This document shows, one piece after another, positions 1-13,810 of a stretch of DNA of 64,000 nt. Source of the DNA: Octopus vulgaris (lineage: Eukaryota); contig OX597835.1 of assembly GCA_951406725.2 (NCBI GenBank), forward strand, positions 8,246,001-8,310,000, given 5' to 3'. How positions within the stretch are numbered: position 1 is the stretch's first letter; each line of letters opens with the position of its first letter. The position numbers and the translations under genes were made by a program. Below the pieces are notes generated by a model. The model made no database searches. It was not told the DNA's origin and saw only the letters and a list, made by a program, of their open reading frames with translations.

Positions 1-171
1 TCAGGTACCAAACAAGGATTCTAGATCATTATTTCGATTCTTTTTACTTAATTTCTGAGAGCGGTCAGATTCATTTTTAGCATTCGCGTTTTAAACATTT
101 TCTTTGAGTAATCTTTGAGATAACGTTGGCGTTGCTTTGGCGGAGGTTTGCGCTCTCTGCATGCTCTTGTT
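1..171 (+). mobile_element. 3' end of a Helentron/HINE-like non-autonomous element (window-truncated)
   Basis: Ends in ttggcggaggtttgcgctctctgcatgctcttgtt, resembling termini of Helentron-associated elements; recognised by resemblance only. Confidence 0.4.
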
Positions 172-228
172 ATTATTATTATTATTATTATTATTGAGTG
201 AGAGAGCAGTGCATGCCATCAAAGTGAC

Positions 229-303
<75 letters not shown>
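168..303. repeat. (TTA)n microsatellite with a 35-bp insert at about 195-229
   Basis: Direct reading. Confidence 0.95.
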
Positions 304-307
<4 letters not shown>

Positions 308-566
308 TAGTTTTCTTTTTATAGCGTGCTTTCACTTCACAACCGAGCGCAGCTCTGTGTGCCTTGGGTATGTGCTGTGATTTGTTGTGATGCTCTGATG
401 GTTATTGTATGGAAAGTGTTCTGCGTAGGATGTGTGCAGTGCCTAGTAGTGCAATTTTCTGTATGTTATATGTGTTTGTAAGTCCTGGTGTTTTTGTTAT
501 GTATTTGTCTGAATATTTTTTTATCATGCCTAATGCACCTATGATTGGAATTGTTTCCGTTTTTAA
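304..566 (-). mobile_element. 5'-truncated R4/Dong-like non-LTR retrotransposon (RLE C-terminus plus 3' UTR) inside (TAA)n
   Basis: Minus strand reads LKTETIPIIGALGMIKKYSDKYITKTPGLTNTYNIQKIALLGTAHILRRTLSIQ*, a typical R4/Dong ORF end; TAA repeats on both sides. Confidence 0.8.

Positions 567-648
<82 letters not shown>
567..648. repeat. (ATT)n microsatellite
   Basis: Direct reading. Confidence 0.95.
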
Positions 649-649
<1 letters not shown>

Positions 650-1380
650 GCTGTCAAAATAGGTTTATGCATATCTCTGTATGAATGTCGTATTGTGTAG
701 TTTCTGTAATAACGTGATAATTCGTCTGTTATTCATAAGGAAGTGAAATGGAAGATGTTTTTTTTAATATTAATATGCCTGTTTAAAAAAGGGTAAAATA
801 ACATATCTAACAAGGGGCTTGCCTTTTTTGAATTTAACTAAGATGGCGTCAAGAGATTGAGGCGAAAGACTAACTCAAATACAATCACAAAGAAATATAA
901 AGAATAGCATGAAAACAATTTTCAACAAGGCAATCATATTTTGGAGAAAGAACATTGTAATATTTCTGTAGGCGTTACCAATTGCTGAGTGGACTTTTGC
1001 GGTTCTTTTGGCAATAACAACAATATTCATACAAATAATATTTTTACGAGTGAGAAGGTTTATAAAATCGGATGCAATTTTACTGATTTTTCACAGAAAA
1101 ATGTCGACATGAATAAAATACAGCAGAAGATGGAATTGCTACAGTGGTGTGTCACAAACTAAATACCTTTGTTGCCTGAAGAATTTGTGAGAAGACAGGC
1201 GAAAAGAAAACATTATGTGCAACTGACAGGTAAAGACAAAAATGTGGTGTGTGTGAAGTGTGAAGCGTTAGTGCAATTGTGAGGCGGAGTGGCCGGAACA
1301 CTAACCCAGCCAGCTCTGAGTAGCGGGGTCGATAAATGTACTGGGCGCATAATATAATGGTTTAGACATATGGAGAGATA

Positions 1381-1740
1381 CCAGGTGGTATGAAAATGTT
1401 CTGTATCGCCCCAACAGATGGCAGCACATGATTGCGTGCACATTGAGAGCTAGCAGTGACCTTCATGAGGCAGTGTTTCAAGTGACATCACTCTATTTAC
1501 TTCGTAAGTTATGAAATTCGTGTTTTAATGATCACCTGTATAATATAGTCTGCAGTTTGTCTTGGGCAGGAACAAAGAACCAGCGTGACATCTTGCATTA
1601 AACTTGGGAAGTCTGCTACAGAGATATTGAGCATGCTTTGGTAAGTTTACGGCGATGAGGCTATGGGTCATACGCAATGATTCGAGTGGCACACGCCGCA
1701 GCTCAGTGAAAAGCATGCTTATAATTTTTCGACATCCGCA
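1381..1740 (+). mobile_element. Internally deleted mariner relic (5' TIR region plus transposase N-terminus)
   Basis: TA|CCAGGTGGTATGAAAA start; 1570-1698 reads EQRTSVTSCIKLGKSATEILSMLW*VYGDEAMGHTQ*FEWH (mariner HTH), followed by a KSMLIIF motif. Confidence 0.75.
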
Positions 1741-1752
1741 GCAGTTTGTGAC

Positions 1753-1985
1753 ATACCTATTTCTTTACTACCCACAAAGGGCTAAACATAGAGTGGACAA
1801 ACAAGGACAGACAAACGGATTAAGTCGATTATATCGACCCCAGTATGTAACTGGTACTTAATTTATCGACCCCGAAAGGATGAAAGGCAAAGTCGACCTC
1901 AGCGGAATTTGAACTCAGAACGTAGCGGCAGACGAAATACCACTAAGCATTTCGTCCGACGTGCTAACGTCTCTGCCAGCTCGCC
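1753..1985 (-). mobile_element. SINE family B (tRNA-like head, Meta-domain-like centre), full length
   Basis: Matches copies at 4943, 45967 and 62446; TSD gtgacatacc at 1748-1757 and 1986-1995. Confidence 0.92.
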
Positions 1986-2287
1986 GTGACATACCGCTGT
2001 AGCAATTTCATCTCCGCAGTATTATGAACGGAAAATTCGACCTCCAGGGCCAGGGACAAATATATCCCGCCCTATAGAATATAAATATATCCAGCCTTAT
2101 AGAAATAGTAGATATGGGTGTGAGCTGTGCTCTATAGAAACATATGAAATTTTTAAGCATAAAGATAAAGGCAACTTGATTAATAAAAGATTAGACTTTA
2201 GGGTATCATGTGTACATAGTTTAACTCGTACTTTTAATTACTTTTGAAAGTTGCACTTTATAGGTCTTGTGATTGTACTGATCTTGA

Positions 2288-2520
2288 AGGATACTAACTT
2301 TTAATATTTTTAGTCTGAAATTAAAGCACAATACATATATTACAAAATAATAAAAGTATAGTTAGTGTGTTAATCAAAGTAGAATGGAATGATCAGGTAG
2401 GGTAGCAGTGATTTTGATGGATACTTACTTTTAAATATATTTAGTCTGAAATTAAAGCACATTGCCTATATCACAATAAAATAATAGCTATATAGAGTAG
2501 TTAGTTAGTGTGCTAAACAT
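2288..2520. repeat. Imperfect tandem duplication, period about 130 bp
   Basis: ggatact.acttttaa..tatt(t)tagtctgaaattaaagcaca...gttagtgtg occurs twice. Confidence 0.8.
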
Positions 2521-3366
2521 AATATACTATCCATAGAAAGATTTTCCTACTTAGTTGATCAAATGTTATCATTGTTTTAGTAATTACTTCATTTATCCCT
2601 CTCTTAAAGTGTTTCACCCTCCTGATCTTAGTATTTATAAGAGCCTTTCTAAAAGTAGCCCCTCTAATTAAGTACTCCCAAGAAACTACAATATCAGGTA
2701 TGGATTAACACACAAACTTTAAAGACCTATAATATACCTCTTAGTATATAACTAGTATATAGTTAGCATGTCCTATAACATCAATATTCCTTTAGTTAAT
2801 ACCAGGTATCATTCTTTATAGATATAAGCTAAATAAGTAAATAAACAATTTTTGGCTTAAATACTTGAATTATTATACATTTTTTATAAGTCTCCTCTAT
2901 TGATGTTACTAAGGTGTACATATACTTCAGTATGGTCTTTAATGATTAAGCTATTTTATTCCGTTTCTATGGAGTTCTACCCTACCAGATCCTTTTAATA
3001 CCTTTTAATTGTCTTTATGAAACAAACCTAATTTTCGTACCCCTATATATTCATACTTAGCTTATATAAAACTATATCAGTATCTTCACAACTTAAAATA
3101 AATTGCTTAGATTATAATTTAATTAATATATAAATTAAACATGTTCTTTCGCCTCAGTGCTCCTTTATTCAATACCAGTAAATGCCAATTGATCAATCTC
3201 CATAGATACCATCTAAGAAGTTAATATTTAAGTATATAATATGTATAAATATTAAACTATTTCTATCCTTGTTGTTGCTTATTTTGATTTAATTCACCTT
3301 ATTTTGAAACTGTAGTCTATAGAGAAATGGTTAAATTAGCTCTGTTTATAAAGTTACTGTACAGGT

Positions 3367-3410
<44 letters not shown>

Positions 3411-3573
3411 TATTCTTTATATGTGGATTGAAAAGGCAACCAATGGTTTCATGCGAAGATATCTTCACAATTGCTAAAGTGAGTCACATGGCAATGTTGG
3501 TACTCTATTTTGTATGGGAATACACTAGTTTATACGAAACTGAACGCCATTAGTGTATATGTATGTGTATGTA

Positions 3574-3627
<54 letters not shown>

Positions 3628-3916
3628 TCAATAAATGGTAGGGTTAGGAACTGAAGAACTACAATTACTACTACTTCCTGTTTTGCCAACACCCTTAATT
3701 AAACTAAACAACACATGGCTTCAATCCCATTGGATCCTAATACTTCAAGGTAATTTTTTCGTGAACAATCATTAAACTCAAGATACACAAAGACTTCACA
3801 ATGTATCGGAGTACTTATTTTTTAATTTTTGTACATATTTATCATTATTTTTTTGCAAAAAACAATGCAATTTTCTTTTTTCCCTTTCTCACTTTAAAAA
3901 AAAAATTTTCCTTTAC

Positions 3917-3958
3917 AATTCTTGAAAAGTCACATTATGACGAAAACCGGTTTGAATT
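3917..3958 (+). ncRNA. Minimal type I hammerhead ribozyme, U3-A8 core variant
   Basis: AATTC|TTGAAAA|GTCA-catta-TGAC|GAAA|ACCGGT|TT|GAATT; perfect stems I and II, palindromic stem III AACCGGTT; lies in a (TA)n-flanked insert at 3625-4070. Confidence 0.8.
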
Positions 3959-4067
3959 AATATATATTTATATATTTTATCAATTTAAAAAAAAATTTTT
4001 CCATACACCCATTTACATTAAAATTTTCTTTCAATTTAGCATTCTGCATTTTTACAATTTTTCCTTG

Positions 4068-4131
<64 letters not shown>

Positions 4132-4559
4132 ATATTCATATTTCATTTGCTTCAAGTCGAGAATGTAAATATCAGTGGTATATTGGAACAGTTTCACTTG
4201 ACAACGTAAGTTAACATTCCATTCCCTTTGTCAAATTTAATGGAAAAACTCAATAAAGCCTCATTAATACCTCCCCCAACTCATTAGGCAAATTATCTTC
4301 ATCAATACCCATGTTGCAATGTTATCATAAGGCCGAGGTGGTCGTGGTATGGAAGAGAAATATAATCCTCGTCGTATTCTCAATCAATTCTTGTCTCAAG
4401 TGATTATATTTAATTAGCATCATTATCATTACAACGTCCTTAATGACTGTCGCCATCACCGACCTCGCAAGCTGCCTCTCTTTCATATTTCTGCCTGCTC
4501 CGCCTACACTTACAACACCGATATGGCTACCCTCGAGCCGACATCATTACACCATCCAA

Positions 4560-4613
4560 CCACCCCCACTACTACAACTACTACTACTACTACTACTACT
4601 ACGACTACTACTG

Positions 4614-4675
<62 letters not shown>
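4560..4675. repeat. (CTA)n/(CTG)n compound microsatellite
   Basis: Direct reading. Confidence 0.95.
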
Positions 4676-4677
<2 letters not shown>

Positions 4678-4942
4678 CACCAACGCCATCAACATTTACA
4701 CCATCGACAATAATTAAAACAACTGTGTTTAACGTTGAAAGCTTCAAGACACCACCACCGCCGTCATCACTGTCACAGTTCCTACCACAGCCACCACAGC
4801 CACCACCGCCATCTCAATGTTCTTACCATCTCCACTACCATTTCGCAATTATTTATCGGCACCATAATTACCACAACCAGCATCTACACCGGCATCACCA
4901 CCTCCATTACAAGAGCCTCAATCGTCCCCACCGACACGAAGA

Positions 4943-5178
4943 ATACTTATTTCTTTATTACCCACAAGGGGCTAAACATAGAGGGGACAAACAAGGACAG
5001 ACATAGGTATTAAGTTGATTACATCGACCCCAGTGCGTAACTGGTACTTAATTTATCGACCCCGAAAGGATGAAAGGCAAAGTCGACCTCGGCGGAATTT
5101 GAACTCAGAACGTAGCGGCAGACGAAATACCGCTAAATATTTCGTCTGGCGCGCTAACGTTTCTGCCAGCTCACCGCC
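4943..5178 (-). mobile_element. SINE family B, full length
   Basis: TSD ccgacacgaagaatac at 4931-4946 and 5177-5192. Confidence 0.92.
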
Positions 5179-6071
5179 GACACGAAGAATACCATTTCTG
5201 ACATGACCACCACATTTGATCGTTTTCAGGTACATTGAAACTCAAAATACAAAACAGATGGGTAGGTCATAGATGGAATGTTGTTTATCGAAGTATAGGA
5301 CTTAAATTTGCTCGACTTACTAGAAATCACAACCAAATTTTCCACATCACCTTTTAAAGAATAGCATGTATTGATGGTTCAATGCTGTTCCATCTGAAGT
5401 AGCTGGTCAGTAAAAGGGGACCTGTGGTTATAAAACAATGACATAGCCATGATTGTAATATCTTTGGTCATAAGAACGTGGCGCTAAAGGACATAGAAAA
5501 GAAATACCTTTGATCGTAAAGCTGGTTGGTTAAGGCTGACTCGGGGTTAAACAAACACGACCGTCGTTGAAATAACTTTGATCGTCCTACTTGATCAGAA
5601 TTAGTTCCAGGGTGTACAAGAAGAACAAAGAATATGACCAAGTCAAGAAAGCAAATTCCTAAAGAAATATTACTACCACCACTGCCACAACCAGCACCAC
5701 CGAAGCCACCACCACCATCACCACCATCACCACCACCACCACTACCACTATCATGCTTAGCCCTTGGCAAAACAATAACCAAAATTAATACCACTTCTTA
5801 AAATCTGCAGTCATCAAAGCATTTACAGCTACTCTCATAGCTACAGCTACTACCACCCTTTAAACCACCACCACCACCACCACCACCACTACCACTATAC
5901 CTACCTCTTGGCAAAGCAATTACCACCATCACCACCATCATCACCACCAGAGGGCATCTAAGTATCATCATCAGGGTTAACATCATCCTCTAATTATGCG
6001 CTATTAATGCATCAAGCATCATGTCAATCACCGTAGCACTACCAAGAGCACTGACACGACAAACAACTAAA

Positions 6072-6072
<1 letters not shown>

Positions 6073-6136
<64 letters not shown>
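6073..6136. repeat. (CTA)n microsatellite
   Basis: Direct reading. Confidence 0.95.
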
Positions 6137-6238
6137 TTTCAAACACAACAATCTGCAACCATCGTCAAAAAGTACCTCTGATACTATAATCACTCTTTAC
6201 TAACGACATTACCACATTTCAAACATCGACAAATATGC

Positions 6239-6725
<487 letters not shown>

Positions 6726-7309
6726 TCGCCAACAACAATAAAACGGTATCTGTCAAAATATCAAATGACAAATAGGCCGGGAAAGATTAGAAAAAAATCC
6801 ACCATTTTAAAAAAAAATATTTTCTATAAATGGAAGCAAGGTTTTCCTAACGGAAAAAAAAAACATGACTTTTTATATTCATCCTTTCTTTTTTTCCTTT
6901 TTTTACCTCATTTTCAATCTGAAACATTAGACGTGTCGCTTCTTTATATGATTTGACTCTTTCATTATTTCTTTCTAATTTCATATTTTGTGTCATTTTT
7001 TTTTTTCCTTTTTCTTTACATTTCAAAAATTATTTTATTTTCCAAAGAAAAAAAAAAATTTTTTTTTTTTCTTTTGGATATGATTTTTTTTAAAGATTCG
7101 AGAAATAAAAAGCTAGAATCAAAAAAAAAAAAAAAATAGAAACTGTAAAAAAAAAAAAAATGGATATTTTTTCAGATTAAGAATTGAAATATAACTTTCT
7201 AATTTAAAAGATTAATAAATACAGGAATGAATAAACGAAATCATTGAAACTATTTTTAATTTTATTAAAAAAATGTTTATGGAGATTAAAAAAGATCATA
7301 GTCATCAAA

Positions 7310-7556
7310 CACACACACGGACACTCTTGTACTTCATACACAGATACAGACACACGCACGCCCAAACACACACACACACACACACTCATGTACTTCATAC
7401 ACAGATACAGACACACGCACGCCCAAACACACACACACACTCTTGTACTTCATACACAGATACAAACACACGCACGCCCAAACACACACACACAGAGACA
7501 CACACACACACACTTGTACTTCATACACAGATACAGACACACGCACGCCCAAACAC

Positions 7557-7590
<34 letters not shown>

Positions 7591-7895
7591 TCTTGTACTT
7601 CATACACAGACTCAAACACACGCACGCCCAAACAACACACACACACACACACACACTCTAGTACTTCATACACAATTACAGACACACGCACGCTCAAACA
7701 CACACACACAGACACACACACAGACACACACACACACACACACACACTCTTGTACTTCATACACAGATACTGACACGCACGCCCAAACACACACACACAC
7801 AAACACACACACACACTATTGTACTTCATACACATATACAGACACACGCACGCTCAAACAAACATACACACACAAACACACACACACACACACAT
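7310..7895. repeat. Minisatellite, 8 units of ctcttgtacttcatacacagatacagacacacgcacgcccaaa+(CA)n
   Basis: Units start near 7324, 7385, 7440, 7512, 7590, 7656, 7747, 7816. Confidence 0.9.
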
Positions 7896-8108
7896 ATATT
7901 TATATATATACACATATATAAACATGATCACACATCATAAACACATAAGCAAGTATGTATGTATGTGTATATATATATATATATGTGTGTCCGTGAGTAT
8001 GTATGTGTGTGTATTTATCTATCAGTCTGTCTGTTTTTCTCCCTCTCTCTCTCTCCTTCTCTCTCTCTCTCTATATATATATATACACACACACTCATAT
8101 ATACATAC

Positions 8109-8155
<47 letters not shown>

Positions 8156-8959
8156 CATATATATATATATGTATATACACATACACACACACACACACAT
8201 ATATATATGTCTGCATCTATTTACAAACACATACACACATGTATATACACGCGCACCCAACCTCACACAAACCCTTACTTAAATGGCGGATACGTTAGAT
8301 TGATAAAGATATTTTGGAGAATCCTACGAGAAAACGTTGGTTAGGGCTGGAATTCTGTATATTAATAGATCTTTGCAACGAGTTCTTTCCAGAACCTACA
8401 AAAACTAGTTAAACAGAAACAGAGACAGCAACAGTAACAAGAAGAACAAAACGATGTTAGTTAATTAATTAATTAATGATGTAAACATATTGATCGCTCG
8501 GTGTTGTATTATGTATCAATGAATGGATGTGAAATATCATTTGTATGAATGATATTGGAAATTGGAAGAAAGAGAGAGAGAGAGAGGGAAATATATATAG
8601 AGAAAGCGAGAGGGGAAAAAGCATGAAAGAGAGGGAAAGAGCGGTTGAGAATGGATGGAACAGAGGGAAATGAAAGAGACTACAGCAGAGAGAGATGGTG
8701 AAGGTTACTGCCACAGACTACAGAGAGCTAAAGAAAGTCAATATTGGACAGTCGATTCCAAAGTGTTGGTGAAAGTTTAATTCTAGAGACCATCGCACAT
8801 CTGAGGACCAGAGGATACTCTAACATGGAATTAGTGAATGTTACTGAGAAAACACGTAGATGGAGCTGGAGACGTTTACAGCTACAAACGGTCAGAAAAT
8901 GTTAGACTGTGCGAGGTAGAGATCAATACTGATAGACAGGTCCATTGTCAGAGAAGCTC

Positions 8960-9123
8960 CAGTGGCTGTGTGGTAAGTAGCTTGCTAACCAACCACATGG
9001 TTCCGGGTTCAGTCCCACTGCGTGGCACCTTGGGCAAGTGTCTTCTGCTATAGCCCCGGGCCGACCAATGCCTTGTGAGTGGATTTGGTAGACGGAAACT
9101 GAAAGAAGCCTGTCGTATATATG

Positions 9124-9156
<33 letters not shown>

Positions 9157-9370
9157 TTGTGTGTCTGTGTTTGTCACCCTAGCATTGCCTGACAACCGAT
9201 GCTGGTGTGTTTACGTCTCCGTCACTTAGCGGTTCGGCAAAAAGAGACCGATAGAATAAGTACTGGGCTTACAAAGAATAAGTCTCGGGGTCGATTTGAT
9301 CGATTAAAGGTGGTGCTCCAGCATGGCCGCAGTCAAAATGACTGAAACAAGTAAAAGAGAAAAAAGAGAG
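8960..9370 (+). mobile_element. SINE family A (tRNA-derived head, CORE-like ccttgggcaagt, internal (TA)n(TG)n, LINE-like tail); possibly octopus OR2-like
   Basis: A-box-like tggctgtgtggt and B-box ggttcagtccc; tail ggtgctccagcatggccgcagtcaaatgactgaaacaagtaaaaga; more than 15 copies in window. Confidence 0.92.
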
Positions 9371-10019
9371 ATATGAATATCTAGTTATTTAGCACTCTTC
9401 CTTGTTTTAAAGCGGGATATATTATTTGAGGAAAATTTACCTGGTATTTCTAGACGTAAGGGCTCTCTCTTACAGGTACCTTTGTCTCCCGCATTGCCTT
9501 TGTAGAAACTGTCCATGTATTGATCTGACAATGAACCTGTAATAAATACCAAACAAAGATGATAAAAATAAGTAAAAATATTTAAAAAAAAAAAAACGAA
9601 AAGAAGATTTTGAAAAAGAAAATAAAATGCAAAAAAAAAAGGTAACTGTGAAATATCAATATCGAGTTTGGTGGAGATATTGGAATTGCATTTGGTATTT
9701 CAGTTGATCTCACACCTGGAGACAGAAATAATTACTAATATATTATGAACGGAACATCTACTGTTATCGCAAACATATTGATTTCTAGCGAAGACAAACA
9801 CGACAGAGTCAAAATAAGAGAAAAAAGGCAGGAAGGGAGAAAAAGAGGGAGGGGGAGAGATGGGAGAGAAGGAGAGGGGGGGGGGAGAGAAGGAGGGAGA
9901 GAGAGAAAGATAGGAAAGAATTAATGTAACACATTTTCATACAAGAGTGGAAATTGGAATATGAGGAAAACACGGGTGTTTGGTTTTGAGAAATTACAGA
10001 ACGGCTAACACTGACTGCC

Positions 10020-10050
<31 letters not shown>

Positions 10051-10077
10051 AAATATTTACTTGAGTATCATATGTAC

Positions 10078-10111
<34 letters not shown>

Positions 10112-10320
10112 TATAAGTGTATCTACATGGCTCTTTGCACAGGAACATATAAGTGAGATTATGCGTGCAGATGGATGCGTGTTCTCTGTTCCCATGTATT
10201 TTAGCGAAAATTGCAAAATCAATGTAATCCTGGTTACGACACACAAAGATCGCCGTCTAAATCCGAAGCAATGTCATGTTAAAGAATTATTATTGTGTTG
10301 AAGGTGCAACTAATAATATA

Positions 10321-10362
<42 letters not shown>

Positions 10363-10526
10363 CGCGCGCTTGTGTGAGTGGGTTTGCGCGTATGTATATA
10401 TATATATATACATGCATATATAGTATAGTTACACTGCAAAAATGGTATGATTCAAATATATTAAGCTTTCTTCCCTCATCTCGAGGCCCTTTTGTATTTC
10501 TGTTTCATTTTATGTATTTTTCTTCA

Positions 10527-10639
10527 CTCTGATGAAGCTCCATGTACCAGATTGGGTGTACTATAGAATATGACGAATATTATTCTCAGAATTTTCTTTG
10601 GCAGCGTTGAGGGATATTGGAAGCAGAAACGGCTGTTAG
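10527..10639 (+). ncRNA. Degenerate hammerhead-like motif with long stem II loop
   Basis: CTGATGA|AGCTCCA...TGGAAGCA|GAAA|CGGCTG|TT|AG; stem I only 2 bp; in TA-flanked insert 10427-10730. Confidence 0.5.
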
Positions 10640-11093
10640 AAATAATAATATTTTGTATTAAAACATAATAATTGATGGTAGTCAGTTTGTTGATCAAGAA
10701 TTTTCTCCATTTTCTGCTTAATTTATATATATAAACACACTTACATATAATATTGCTTGTTTACACTTTTTTGAGATGACTTTTTGTCACTACAAAAAGA
10801 TATATAATTGCATTGGAAGCCACTTCACATTGACAACCGGTGATTATCACACGCTAACACTCGGGTCCGTGTGTATCCCGTCAGGTTGGAGATGCGAAGG
10901 ATGGCTTCCCTTTGCAAACAGTGATAGGGCACAGAAAGTGTGTCAATAGCCAGGTAGAGGTAGTGTCTTCTAAGGGTTACAAGCTACAGTAGCATCCACC
11001 CTTAAGAGTTAGATACATTTAAGTGGCAAATATGCTTCAAGATATATATATATATATATACTTTATTTAAAAGCAATAAAAATATAACAAAAG

Positions 11094-11130
11094 CTGTTAC
11101 TCAGAGTTTCACGTTCGGTTCGTCGGACAG
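11094..11130 (-). ncRNA. Minimal hammerhead, U4C core
   Basis: Minus: CTGT|CCGACGA|ACCGAACGT|GAAA|CTCTGAG|TA|ACAG; stem I 4 bp, stem III ACTC-T-GAGT, stem II weak. Confidence 0.6.
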
Positions 11131-11227
11131 TTTTCCACCTTTGTTTCACATTTATGTCCTTACTCTGGCATATATATATATATATTATATTAAATAGAAA
11201 AAACCACTATAATAAACAAAGAAGATT

Positions 11228-11270
<43 letters not shown>

Positions 11271-11329
11271 AAGTCATTCTTTGTTTGATTTGCCATGATT
11301 CAATCCTAAATCTGACCGCTAATTTTTAT

Positions 11330-11679
<350 letters not shown>

Positions 11680-12184
11680 GTATACATGTATGTATACATG
11701 GATATATACATACGCGCACACCCACTCACACACGCAGAAGCGCACACAGCACACACACACACACGTACCTACTAGCCATTGTCTCTTGATTAAAAAGCAG
11801 AAGCTATGACCTTTGCTGCTCCTCAATTTGCTTTTTCCTTTGTTACACTGTCATCTTCCTTTTAAACAGTTACAAACAACGCTGTTGCGGTAAACATTAG
11901 CTGGGTGAAGATTCTAAAGAATTGATGTTCTGTGGAAGATAGCCAGGGTATGTGGGGATTCAAGTGGCGTTGGTGTGTCGTGGATACAACAAAACTGACT
12001 AGAACAACATATTCGAATGGATTAACTGTGAATAAATGGAGGAGGAGATATAAGACCAGGCAGCTCCAACAGACTATTCAAGTAATGATAGAAATTACCG
12101 GAGAAGACATCGCAATGATCAGAAGCCTGAAAAGTCAGCAAGCAACTTAACACCGATCGATTAAGTAACATTTCACTGCATACC

Positions 12185-12342
12185 CAGGAGTGGCTGTGTG
12201 GTAAGTAGCTTGTCTACCAACCACATGGTTCCGGGTTCAGTCCCACTGCGTGGCACTTTGGGCAAGTGTCTTCTACTATAGCCTCGGGCCGACCAAAGCC
12301 TTGTGTGTGGATTTGGTAGACGGAAACTGAAAGAAGCCCGTC

Positions 12343-12381
<39 letters not shown>

Positions 12382-12603
12382 TGTGTGTGTTTGTGTGTCT
12401 GTGTTTGTCCCCCTAGCATTGCTTGACAACCGATGCTGGTGTAATTATGTCCCCGTTACTTATCGGTTCTGCAAAAGAGACCGATAGAATAAGTACTGGG
12501 CTTACAAAAGAATAAGTCCCGAGGTCGAGTTGCTGGATTAAAGGCGATGCTCCAGCATGGCCGCAGTCAAATCACTGAAACAAGTAAAAGAGAGTAAAAG
12601 AGA
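12185..12603 (+). mobile_element. SINE family A, full length
   Basis: TSD ataccca at 12180-12186 and 12604-12610. Confidence 0.92.
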
Positions 12604-12759
12604 ATACCCACTGGGTTATGTGTGCGTGATAACAGCAGTATCATCGCGTATCGTAGATGCCCACCATGGGTCGCAGTTGAGGTTTGCAGTTGTTAGGGGA
12701 GATTAAAAAGTTTTCTGCAGCTGATGTGATTCATGCTATGTAAGCTATAATATTTGATC

Positions 12760-12925
12760 GTGGAGGCGCAATGGCCAAGTGGTTAGGGCAGCGGACTCGC
12801 GGTCGTAGGATCGCGGTTTCGATTCCCAGACCGGGCGTTGTGAGTGTTTATTGAGCGAAAACACCTAAAACTCCACGAGGCTCCAGCAAGGGATGGTGGT
12901 GATCCCTGCTGTACTCTTTCACCAC

Positions 12926-12962
<37 letters not shown>

Positions 12963-13165
12963 TTCCTGTTTCTATTGTACCTGTATTTTAAAGGGCCGGC
13001 CTTGTCACTCTCTGTGTCACGCTGAATATCCTCGAGAACTACGTTAACGGTACACGTGTCTGTGGAGTGCTCAGCCACTTACACGTTAATTTCACGAGCA
13101 GGCTGTTTTGTTGATTCGGATCAACCGGAACCCCCGTCGTCGTAACCGACGGAGTGCTTCCATCC
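12760..13165 (+). mobile_element. SINE family C (tRNA head, internal (CT)n)
   Basis: A box tggccaagtgg and B box gtttcgattcc; 11-bp TSD aatatttgatc at 12749-12759 and 13166-13176; partial copy near 58690. Confidence 0.9.
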
Positions 13166-13765
13166 AATATTTGATCAGAAGAGATCTCGGATAATGACGT
13201 ACATTATGCGCCGCTCATGTTTAAGGGTGTGTTTCAGTAGTAATTTCTGGAGACAATGTGAAATTCAACTCTTCCAAATGCATTTTTCCTTTTTTAAACC
13301 TGCAATCTTCATTTTGCTGATTCGCACGTGTCTTGGAATCTTCCATCTTCTTTTGCATCGTTTTCATCATCCAACACAACCATTATTCCAAATATTTCTC
13401 TCTGAACCTCTCGCCGGTTAAAATCATTGGCAGATCTATTAGCTAAAAGAACGAAGATGACTTAGGGAACACTGAATTCCATTGTTTCTAATTTTTTGAT
13501 ATTGGAACGAGAAGGTCAGGTTTAAGGAACAAAAATCTTCAGCGCAGCTGTCAGGACCCACCTCACCACAAGAGAGACTGAAAGAGTCGGAGATGAGATG
13601 AAGATGTCCTTTAGCTACACAAATCAAATTTGATTAAGTCCAGTACACACACACAGACACACGCACACATACACTCACAAACGCATACACACATGCACAC
13701 TCATTCGCACGTACGTACACACACATACACGCAGACAGACAGACAGATACATACACACACACCCA

Positions 13766-13810
<45 letters not shown>

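Noticed and set aside
2140-3370. Mitochondrial insertion (NUMT)
   Set aside because: AT-rich, but I could not recognise any mitochondrial gene, rRNA or tRNA; its end matches a repeat family in this window
7310-7895. CRISPR-like repeat-spacer look
   Set aside because: Spacers are just (CA)n; eukaryotic context; no cas genes
12214-12429. Recurrent MSSNARGTNTDTQ... ORFs
   Set aside because: Antisense reading frames of SINE A copies, not genes
12762-12835. tRNA gene
   Set aside because: tRNA-like head continues into a SINE body flanked by a TSD
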